NCBI GenBank assembly: GCA_038208905.1 | Contig: JBBQYG010000008.1 | Coordinates: 1 to 47,235 of the forward strand | Length of the DNA: 47,235 bases | DNA from: Candidatus Sumerlaeia bacterium | GTDB taxonomy: Bacteria; Sumerlaeota; Sumerlaeia; SLMS01 | Direction: 5' to 3' | Shown here: one piece after another, positions 1 to 8,194 of the stretch | Position numbering within the stretch: the first letter of the stretch is position 1 | How the letters are laid out: each line of letters opens with the position of its first letter | Translations under genes and position numbers: made by a program | The notes under the pieces: generated by a model | Told to the model about the DNA's origin: nothing | The model's input: only the letters and a program-made list of their open reading frames with translations | The model's database searches: none

Positions 1-167
1 TAGGCTGTGTTTGATAAATGGCTTCGAGCTGGTCCGTTGAGCGAGAACGAGTCATGACGATGGCGCCGATGACGAGGCGATGTGGTTCATCGTTGCGGAA
101 TCGCGACGCGTCAGGACGAAGGTTCGCAGCCATCGGAAAGCCGAATGCAATTGTCAAACACAGCCTA
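1..167. mobile_element. MITE-like non-autonomous element (163 bp between TA dinucleotides) with terminal inverted repeats
   Basis: 1-20 TAGGCTGTGTTTGATAAATG vs reverse complement of 148-167 TAGGCTGTGTTTGACAATTG: 18/20 identical, first 14 perfect. TA at both ends (1-2, 166-167). No credible ORF; internal hairpin CGATG-TGGTT-CATCG. Confidence 0.7.
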
Positions 168-2075
168 GTCCTCTCCAATGAGGAGACGACTCAAGCCGCC
201 AGAGCCGCGAGAGCCCGACTTTGATTCTTTCTGTGGAGCCTCTCCACTTTCCTCGGGGGATTTCTCTCCGGGGCAGTTGAAGACGTTTTCCTCCACGCCA
301 TGCTGCAGCGAGTACATTTCGGAGTAGCGGCCCTTTCGTGCGAGCAACTCCGCGTGGGTGCCGCGCTCGACGATGCGGCCGTCCTCCAGCACGAGGATCG
401 TGGTGGCCTTGCGGATGGTGGAGAGGCGGTGGGCGATCACAAAGGACGTGCGGCCGCGCATAAGCGTTGCGAGTCCTTCCTGGATGCGGGCCTCGGATTC
501 GGAATCGAGGGCGCTGGTGGCCTCGTCGAGGATCAGGATGCGCGGGTTCGCGAGGAGCGCCCGCGCGATGGCAAGGCGCTGGCGCTGGCCGCCGGAAAGC
601 TTCACGCCGCGCTCTCCGATCACCGTGTCCATGCCATCGGGGAAGCGGTCCACGAACTCGTCGCAGTGCGCCAGCCGGATTGCCTCGCGCAGTGCCGTCT
701 CCGTCGCATCGGGGCGTATATACAGCAGGTTCTCCTTGATCGTCCCGGCAAAGAGGAAGTTCTCCTGCAACACCACGCCAAGGCTCGCGCGGTAATCGTG
801 GACGCGTACCGTGCAGAGGTCGCGTTGATCCACCAGAATCGCCCCGGACTTCGGGCTGAAGAACGCGGCGACCAGCCCGATCAGCGTGGACTTGCCGCTC
901 CCCGATGGACCCACCAGCGCCGTCACGGTGCCCGGCTCCGCAACGAAGGAGACGTTGTGCAGCACGGGCTTTTCCGTGTCGTATTCGAAGGAGACGTCCC
1001 GGAACTCCACGCGACCATCCACCGCAGGCATCGGCGCGCGCGACTCCTCGTCGGCATCCTCGGGCTCCTCGCGAAGAACCTCCTTCATTCGCTGCAATCC
1101 GACGAAGGCCTCGCTCAGCTGTGTGCCGATCATAACGATGGAACTCACCGGCGCCACAAGGAAGCCGAGGTAGAGGATGTAGCTGATGAACTCGCCGATC
1201 GTAAGAGTCCCTGCCATCAACTGTCGCCCCCCCACCACCATAATCAGCGAGCCAAGAATGCCGATCAGCACCGCCGAAGACAGCGCCACCAGGCTGATCG
1301 CATTGATCGTCCGCAGCACGTTGCGCAGCAGCGACTGAATCCCGTCGCCAAACACGGTGCGCTCCTTTGGCTCCATGTTGTAGGCCTTCACCACGCGGAT
1401 GCCCGCCACGCCCTCGGTGAGTCGTCCGCTGATATCCGCCGTCAGTTCCTGCCGCTCCTTGAAGATCGGGCCGAGCACGGAGAATGACCCGATCATCACG
1501 GCGGCAAAGACGATAAGGAACACGAAGATGCCCAGAGTGAGCTGCCAGTTGAGCCACAGCAATATCGCAAATGCCATCGCGGCGGTGAGGACGCCGCCGA
1601 TGAACTCCACCATTCCCGTTCCGACGAGGTTGCGGACGCCCTCCACGTCGTTCATCACGCGGCTGACGACCTCTCCCGTTTTGTGATTGTCGTAGTATCT
1701 GATCGGCAGGCGCGAGACGTGGTGGTGGATCCGCGCGCGAAGCTGCGCGATCAGCCGCTGGCCTGCCTTGCTGATCGTCTGCGTTAGGGCAAAGGCGCAA
1801 AGCCCCTGGATCAGCGTCGCCACGAGGACGGCGCCGATGATCAGATAGAGTTGGCGCGTATCGCCATTTGGAATCGCGGAATCGATCAGGAACTTGGGCG
1901 CCGCGGGAAGCACCAGCCCCGCAATTCGCCCCACGAGGAGCAGCCCCAGCCCCAGCGTCCACAGCGCCGCCTGGGGCCGCGCCAACTGGATTGCATCGGG
2001 GAGCGTTTGGCGGAAAGCCTGCCACGCCTCCGCGCGCTTCTCTTTGCGTGTCTTCTTCTTCCCTGCGTCGGCCAA
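165..2075 (-). CDS. ABC exporter, fused permease/ATP-binding half-transporter (MsbA/MdlB-like)
   Basis: N-terminal multi-TM domain, then Walker A GPSGSGKS, signature LSGGQRQR, Walker B ILILDEATS, H-loop IAHR. TTG start preceded by GAGGGAG. Confidence 0.93.
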   Translation of the reverse strand: MADAGKKKTRKEKRAEAWQAFRQTLPDAIQLARPQAALWTLGLGLLLVGRIAGLVLPAAPKFLIDSAIPNGDTRQLYLIIGAVLVATLIQGLCAFALTQTISKAGQRLIAQLRARIHHHVSRLPIRYYDNHKTGEVVSRVMNDVEGVRNLVGTGMVEFIGGVLTAAMAFAILLWLNWQLTLGIFVFLIVFAAVMIGSFSVLGPIFKERQELTADISGRLTEGVAGIRVVKAYNMEPKERTVFGDGIQSLLRNVLRTINAISLVALSSAVLIGILGSLIMVVGGRQLMAGTLTIGEFISYILYLGFLVAPVSSIVMIGTQLSEAFVGLQRMKEVLREEPEDADEESRAPMPAVDGRVEFRDVSFEYDTEKPVLHNVSFVAEPGTVTALVGPSGSGKSTLIGLVAAFFSPKSGAILVDQRDLCTVRVHDYRASLGVVLQENFLFAGTIKENLLYIRPDATETALREAIRLAHCDEFVDRFPDGMDTVIGERGVKLSGGQRQRLAIARALLANPRILILDEATSALDSESEARIQEGLATLMRGRTSFVIAHRLSTIRKATTILVLEDGRIVERGTHAELLARKGRYSEMYSLQHGVEENVFNCPGEKSPEESGEAPQKESKSGSRGSGGLSRLLIGED

Positions 2076-2149
2076 TCGAATCTCCCTCGGGCGACTATTC
2101 GCGCCGGGGGGAGATTCCTACAACCACGATCAGACGGCAAGGATCGTTC

Positions 2150-4090
2150 TCAGGGTGTCGGCCGGGGGCGCGGCGGGCGCTGGCGCACTCCACCTTCTCC
2201 ACTGGCAGGGCCCGCGGGCCGATTGCCGCCGCCGGGCGGCCCCGCGCCATCCGCCGCGGGCGGGCGGGCGGGAGCGATGAACTCCACCGCCACCAGCGTC
2301 TCCTTGTGCCATGTCCACTCGAAAGGGACCGTCGCATTGTCGCTGATCTCGCGCATGATGTGTCCGAGCGAGGTATTCGTTAGGGAGAACGCTGGGACCT
2401 TGGAGTTGGGCAAGTTCTGGCCCACGATCAGGTAGTCGATTTTCCCCTGCTGGGCGAGCGCGCCAAGGCACTGACGCATCGTCAGGTCGACCGCCATGGA
2501 ATTGATCGAGACAGAGGGTAGCTCATGGGGAGGAGTCAGCCGCCGATCATCCGCGATCGCGCGATAGGGATCGTTGGCCGTCGCATTCACCGTCAGAACG
2601 CCATCGCTTTCCACAGCCTGCCAGGACACCGCGAAGCAGAAGATGTCGAGGACTTCCTCTGGAGAGCGGTTGTGGAAACCCGCCACCAGTGGAATGCGAC
2701 GCGGGTCAATGCCTTCACCCATTTTCAGGTTGAGTCCGTGGGTGCCGAGCGACGCCAGCAAATCGGCCGCGGTCTGAAGCACGCCCGGCGACGGACGAAG
2801 CGTGACACCGCCCGCGGGGCGCTCCGGGCGGACCAATCCGGGGGTGGATTCCATGGACGCCGGAGTCGGCGCGATTGTCGGGGCAGGCGTCGGCGTTGCC
2901 AATGGCTTGCCAGCAACCACCGCTGGCGCCCAACCGTGATCGACCGCAAACCACGCGCCGCCCGCCAGCAGCAATCCGGCCACCAGCATGATTCCAATGA
3001 TGGCCATGGGGCTGCGCTTGCGGATGCCCGAATCGGAGGCCGACTTGGGTATTTTCCCCTGAGCCGCCACCGTGGGATTCGTGGAGAGCGATGGCAACGC
3101 CGTCTGTGGATGCGGGAACGATCCCGAGCCGGACGGCGGCTCGAAGGTTGGGCCCATCCGATTCGACTGGCCGAGTTCCTCCGGGCTCAAGGTTGCCATG
3201 ACGCGGCGGATTCGCTGGGCGATTTCGGCGTAGGACGATAGCCGCGCGTCGGAAACCTTCGCCGTCATGTCGCGGATGAGCGCCATCAGCTCGCCGCCCG
3301 CGATCGCCATGAGGCGGGGATCGTCGGGAAGCGCAGCCTCCGCGTGCTGGCGCAGCATCTCGAAGACCGACGTTGAGCGGAACGGCAGATACCCCGTGAT
3401 ACACTGGAAAATTGTGATGCCCAGCGCATAGACATCCGTGCGGAAGTCCACCGCACGCCCGGCGGCCTGCTCCGGGGACATATAGTGCGGCGTTCCCATC
3501 ACGGCGGAGGTCGCCGTCAGGCTGTCGCCATCCGCGGCGAGATCCTTGGAAAGGCCGAAATCCATGATCTTGACCAGGCCATCGTCGCGCACCATCACAT
3601 TGGCGGGTTTGAAATCCCGGTGAACGATCCCCTTCCTCGCCGCGGCGTCCAATCCGTCGCAGCACTGCAGGATGATGTCCAGAATCCGCCCGATGGTCAC
3701 CGGCGGGGGAGTGCGAAGTAGGTCGCGAAGCGACTTCCCCTCCACGAATTCCATGACGATGTAAGGGGCGATTCCCTCGCGCCCCACCTGATACACGGTG
3801 ACGATGTTGGGATGATTCAGCGCCGCGGAAAGGCGAGCCTCGCGGAGGAGCCGCTCGATGAATATCTGGTTGGCGAGAAGTTCCGCCCTCACGAGCTTGA
3901 TGGCGACGTCGCGGCGCAGCTCCGAGTCGCGCCCGAGGACGACCATCCCCATGCCGCCCTCGCCAAGGTCGCGGATGATCTCATACTGGCCGATTCGCCG
4001 CGGCGAACTCGGCGTGGGCGGGGTCGCGCTCAGATGGACCGTCGCGTCTTCGTAGGGTTGACTGTCTGGCACGTCGGCCGCCCGCTCCAA
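2150..4090 (-). CDS. Membrane-anchored Hanks-type Ser/Thr protein kinase with Pro-rich linker and two STN-like extracytoplasmic repeats
   Basis: LGEGGMGMV, VAIK, HRDFKPANV, DFG and GTPHYMSPEQ motifs; TM AIIGIMLVAGLLLAGGAWFAV; PTPAPTIAPTP linker; two ~75-aa repeats at the C-terminus. Confidence 0.9.
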   Translation of the reverse strand: MERAADVPDSQPYEDATVHLSATPPTPSSPRRIGQYEIIRDLGEGGMGMVVLGRDSELRRDVAIKLVRAELLANQIFIERLLREARLSAALNHPNIVTVYQVGREGIAPYIVMEFVEGKSLRDLLRTPPPVTIGRILDIILQCCDGLDAAARKGIVHRDFKPANVMVRDDGLVKIMDFGLSKDLAADGDSLTATSAVMGTPHYMSPEQAAGRAVDFRTDVYALGITIFQCITGYLPFRSTSVFEMLRQHAEAALPDDPRLMAIAGGELMALIRDMTAKVSDARLSSYAEIAQRIRRVMATLSPEELGQSNRMGPTFEPPSGSGSFPHPQTALPSLSTNPTVAAQGKIPKSASDSGIRKRSPMAIIGIMLVAGLLLAGGAWFAVDHGWAPAVVAGKPLATPTPAPTIAPTPASMESTPGLVRPERPAGGVTLRPSPGVLQTAADLLASLGTHGLNLKMGEGIDPRRIPLVAGFHNRSPEEVLDIFCFAVSWQAVESDGVLTVNATANDPYRAIADDRRLTPPHELPSVSINSMAVDLTMRQCLGALAQQGKIDYLIVGQNLPNSKVPAFSLTNTSLGHIMREISDNATVPFEWTWHKETLVAVEFIAPARPPAADGAGPPGGGNRPAGPASGEGGVRQRPPRPRPTP

Positions 4091-4174
4091 ATGGTGCTCT
4101 GCCTGAACCTTGCTCCCATCTATTCTGCCGGCCGCACTCGCGCGGCAACGAAAATACCGAGTGGAATGCCCGCG

Positions 4175-7100
4175 TTAGTTCGCCGGCGAAGAATGGGCCA
4201 GCGTGAATTCCGCCGCACCGCCCTGAGCGCCTCGTTCGCGCCGGTCGCGCGCCACATTCGTGTAGGCCAGATCCGGCGCCACGCGGATCGCGTTGTCGTA
4301 TGCTTCCAGTCCCTTTTCGCGCATGCCCAGCTCCTCCAGCGCCAGCCCCAGTGTCGTCCACGCTCGCGTGTGATTGGGATCCGCCGCCACCGCGCGCTCC
4401 AGATACTCCGCGGCGCGGGGATACTCCCTCAGCTTGAAATGCGCGGAACCAATATTGCTGAGAACATCGGCGTTCTTGCCGTCGCGAATAAGGGCTACCT
4501 CGTACTGCCGGATCGCGTCGCGCATCCGGCCCTCGCGTTGCAGAAAGTTGCCGAAGTCGTTGCTGATCGCGGGTAGCTGGCCACCAACCCGAGTCGCGGC
4601 GGCGAACGCCCGCTCCGCCGGCCTGCGGTGCCCCATGCCGGAGGCTAGGTGCGCCATGTACAGATGCGGCATGGCGCGGTTGGGATAGATCCTAATCGCA
4701 TCCTGAAATTCCTCGCCTGCGCGCGCCGTCTCGCCAGCCATCAACGCATGATACCCCACGTTCATCGCGTCGCTATAATCCAGCGACTTGCCCAACTCCC
4801 CTTGGAGCATCCACGCGGAAAGGACGATGGCCGCCGACATCGCCAGCAACGCGAACGGCCACACGAGCCGTCGACCGCCGGGATAGGGAACGTCCGCGTC
4901 CTGCACGGTGTGAAGCCCCTCGTAGAATCGATGGCATGCCCAGTGCCGGTTCAGCGTCTGCTGGATGCTGTTCAGGATTCCCTGAGCGCCGCCAGAGTAT
5001 GGAAACGGATTCCTGGCCCATTGCAGGGGAACCTCGTCGTGGGCGCGAATCAGAAACTCGCCGGCATAGCTTCCACCGTGCGGCTTGAACGGGCGATGAG
5101 GATCGACCCAAGGCGAACTGGTCTCCTCGTAGATGTGCCTCAGGATCACGCTCGCCACGAAAAGGCGCGGCTGAATCACCAGCAGGTAGTAGAACACCGC
5201 CGTTCCCCCCGGCCACGCGAGGAGGATCCATGGCGACCGCGCAACCCACGCCATGCCCAGCAGCGCCGCGAAGAAGAGGAACGAGAGCACTGCCGTCCAT
5301 ACGATCCGCCATGGCGTCAGAAGCGGAACCTCCACGCCGATGTGATCGTTGATTGCCTGGGCGATGTGCTGGGCCTGGCGACGTTGCTCCCGCCATGTCA
5401 GGAGTTCGCCGGGCAGTGGCCGATGGACGTCGGGATCCGCGTGATCTTTCGCGCGCAGCCTAATGCGTTGGCGCGACTGGGACCGCACCCACACCAGCGC
5501 CGTGAGCCCCCACCCAAGCAACGCGAGTCCCGCCCGCGCCAGCCACCAGTGAAAGTCCACCCCCGTGGCGAGCCAGTACACGCACCACCACGCAAGGCCC
5601 GACACCGCAACGATCAGCGGTGTCATCCGCAGCGGCTGGGCAGAGAGTTGCAGGAGTTTCTGCACCTTCTGCCGCACGATCACCTCGGCGGGGTCCAGCA
5701 AGAGCACTTCGCGATAGCAGGTCGCCGCGTCCTCATTGTTGCCGACGCGCTCGTTGAGATCGGCGAGGAGCAGGTAGCCCTCCTTGCGCTGCGGGTCCTC
5801 GTGCAGCGCGGCCCGGCATTCCTCGATGGCGGACTGCAAGTCGTTGGTCTGCGCCAGGTCCTGCGCCTTGCGAAAGTGCGGCTCATAGTTATTCGCGGTC
5901 TTGGCCTTGACGCGCATATCCCAGGGGTCGAAGTCCGCCTGGCGCTCCATCGCCTCGGCACGTTCTTTCTCCAGAGCCGACATCTGCCGGGCATTGCCGC
6001 ACAGTCCGCAGACGAGTGCGTCCTCCGGTATTGGCAGGCCGCACATCTTGCAGGAGACGGCTCCGAACTCCGGCAGCCGAAACTCCCCCGAGGCCAGCGG
6101 CGGTCCGTCGCTGGAGATGGGCGTGCTCTCCGGTTCCTTCAGCTTTCCCTTGCCGGGTTTTGCATTCTTCCACAGCAGCGCCAGCAGGATCGCCAGCACA
6201 GCCAATGCCGGCACGACGAGATAGATGATGGGATTGCGCCGGTCGCGCGTCGCCTCCGCGTCCACCGTGGCCATCTCCTTGAAGAGCACCCACAACCCAT
6301 CGCGACGCGACGGATCGACGGGCGGAAGCATTCCGCTGTTCGTCCCCGCGGGATAGGCCGCCGCGCGCCACAGGTTTGGATCGGCGAAGGAGAAGAAGGA
6401 GTACTCGTTCACGAGCTGCGTCGTCCTGATTTCTTCGGTCAGCCGCTTGCGGTTTTCTGCCAGCCAGGCGACAGCCTTCCCGCCCGCCACGGTGGCGGCA
6501 TAGGACGACGCCAGTTCCTCCAGCCGCGCCTGCGCCTGATCGTGCTCCTTGCGCTCCAGGTGGACCTCGGCCACGCGAAAGACGCGCTCCGCCTCGCGCT
6601 CGTCCGGCATTCTCGCCTTCAACGCCGTAAGGTCGCCGTGAAGGCGGCTCTTCTCAATTCCTGGCGTGGCGAGCGCCTTGTCGAGCACTTCCTCCGCCTC
6701 GTCATACCGCTGCGCCGCAACGTGGGCGCGCGCGGCCTCCAGCTGTCCGCTGGCGGGCCCCTCAAGCTCGGCCGCGGCGATGATCTCGGATGCCTCGCCC
6801 GCCTGCCGAGCCTCGGGATAGCGCCCCGCATCCAGCTGCTTACGCGCCTCCGCCAGAATCTTCCGCGCTTCCAGGTCCGAATCCAGATCACCCGCCATAC
6901 GGCGGATGCGTGCCGCATCCTCCTCGCTCGAAACCGCAGAGGGCGCGTTTGCCAGCATCTCTGCGGCGCCGTCGGTATCCTTCGCATCGATCCGCGCCTT
7001 CAGCGCGGAGAAGAACCGGGACTTCGAGGCCAGCTTCGCCACTTCGGCATCGTCGGGCTTCTTTTCCGCCACGCGGGTGATCGCGGCAAACGCCAGATCC

Positions 7101-7999
7101 ACCAGGTCGTTGCCGTCGGCGTATCGATACACCTCCATCAGCACTTCCTCCTCCGGCTTCGACTCGCGGAGGGTGCGGCGCGAAATGTACTCCGCCAAAT
7201 CCGTCGGCGCGCCCGGCGTGGCGCCCTCGATGAGAAGGATTTCCTGATAGACATCGACGGCCTCGTTGCCGCGTCGCTCCGCAAGGAGTCGCTGGCCTTG
7301 AGCCTTCAGCAGATTCAAGAGCGGGCGGGCCGCCTCCGCATAGTACGCCTCGGGATTCTCTCGCACCGCCGAGCGATAGGCCTCGATGGCAACGGCGTTG
7401 TCCTTGAGTTGCACCGCCACGCGCGCCAGCCGCCACGCGATGTCGGCGCGGTTGGGCGCAAGGCTCGCCGCCTCCTTCAACTCGCGGAAGGCGCCCTCGT
7501 AGTCGATGAAGTCCAGCTTGCGAACCGCGGACTGGCTGAGCCGCTCGGCCTTCTGGCTGTTGGGATCGGGAGGGATTGCCTTGCTGCGCGTTTCGTCGAG
7601 TTGCGCTCGGAGCGCCTTGAGTTCCTCCGGCAGTTCCGTCACCCCCGCCGTTTCCTTCTCGAAGGCGACTTGCCCCGCCTCCACAGCCTTGAGGGCCTCC
7701 TCCAGATTCCCCCGTGCGGTCAGGTTCTTTGCCGTCTCGATAATTCGCCTCACGAGGTTGGTTATGTAGGTCGCCGAGATCGATTCCTCGATCCGATCGA
7801 TCCGATCCACCGTGAATGTCATTTCCGATAGGCCGTTGCTGATCACGACCTGCTTGTCATTGCGCGAGAGGATCTTCCCCTCCATCGACGTGCCGACCTT
7901 CAGGTGGACCACATCGCCCCGCGCGGGAGCGGACCACAGGATGCCCGTCAGAACTAGAGCGAGCAGCAATCTGCTTTCAGCGAGTGCATTCCGCTTCAT
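4175..7999 (-). CDS. Large (1274 aa) TPR-repeat membrane protein with signal peptide, zinc ribbon and ~6 TM segments
   Basis: Signal peptide ending APARG|DVVHLK; many TPR-like helices (e.g. ADVLSNIGSAHFKLREYPRAAEYLERAV); CKMC-x10-CGLC; several hydrophobic segments. Confidence 0.85.
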   Translation of the reverse strand: MKRNALAESRLLLALVLTGILWSAPARGDVVHLKVGTSMEGKILSRNDKQVVISNGLSEMTFTVDRIDRIEESISATYITNLVRRIIETAKNLTARGNLEEALKAVEAGQVAFEKETAGVTELPEELKALRAQLDETRSKAIPPDPNSQKAERLSQSAVRKLDFIDYEGAFRELKEAASLAPNRADIAWRLARVAVQLKDNAVAIEAYRSAVRENPEAYYAEAARPLLNLLKAQGQRLLAERRGNEAVDVYQEILLIEGATPGAPTDLAEYISRRTLRESKPEEEVLMEVYRYADGNDLVDLAFAAITRVAEKKPDDAEVAKLASKSRFFSALKARIDAKDTDGAAEMLANAPSAVSSEEDAARIRRMAGDLDSDLEARKILAEARKQLDAGRYPEARQAGEASEIIAAAELEGPASGQLEAARAHVAAQRYDEAEEVLDKALATPGIEKSRLHGDLTALKARMPDEREAERVFRVAEVHLERKEHDQAQARLEELASSYAATVAGGKAVAWLAENRKRLTEEIRTTQLVNEYSFFSFADPNLWRAAAYPAGTNSGMLPPVDPSRRDGLWVLFKEMATVDAEATRDRRNPIIYLVVPALAVLAILLALLWKNAKPGKGKLKEPESTPISSDGPPLASGEFRLPEFGAVSCKMCGLPIPEDALVCGLCGNARQMSALEKERAEAMERQADFDPWDMRVKAKTANNYEPHFRKAQDLAQTNDLQSAIEECRAALHEDPQRKEGYLLLADLNERVGNNEDAATCYREVLLLDPAEVIVRQKVQKLLQLSAQPLRMTPLIVAVSGLAWWCVYWLATGVDFHWWLARAGLALLGWGLTALVWVRSQSRQRIRLRAKDHADPDVHRPLPGELLTWREQRRQAQHIAQAINDHIGVEVPLLTPWRIVWTAVLSFLFFAALLGMAWVARSPWILLAWPGGTAVFYYLLVIQPRLFVASVILRHIYEETSSPWVDPHRPFKPHGGSYAGEFLIRAHDEVPLQWARNPFPYSGGAQGILNSIQQTLNRHWACHRFYEGLHTVQDADVPYPGGRRLVWPFALLAMSAAIVLSAWMLQGELGKSLDYSDAMNVGYHALMAGETARAGEEFQDAIRIYPNRAMPHLYMAHLASGMGHRRPAERAFAAATRVGGQLPAISNDFGNFLQREGRMRDAIRQYEVALIRDGKNADVLSNIGSAHFKLREYPRAAEYLERAVAADPNHTRAWTTLGLALEELGMREKGLEAYDNAIRVAPDLAYTNVARDRRERGAQGGAAEFTLAHSSPAN

Positions 8000-8194
8000 C
8001 CCATCATCCCCGGACTGCTAGCGATCATGAATCCTTATTGGGCAACATGTTCTCGCGGGAGCCAGCCGGAGTAAAGGCAAATTCCCGGCCAAAACATTGA
8101 TTGTCGAGCCGTCACCCCCGCTTCCGGATCAGTCGCTACAAGCTCCGTATTCCCGTTGCCGCTCTTGGCCGACCCTACCAAGAACCTTCCCCTT

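Noticed and set aside
6780..6830. Possible short in-frame deletion within a TPR (RYPEARQA-GEASEII)
   Set aside because: The helix spacing looks short, but this cannot be judged without homologs.
4649..7831. 1060-aa plus-strand ORF opposite the TPR gene; likewise 22085-23857, 43219-45123, 14493-15968 and 154-2025
   Set aside because: Antisense or alternate-frame shadows of well-supported genes, with Arg/Ala/Gly-rich non-protein-like composition.
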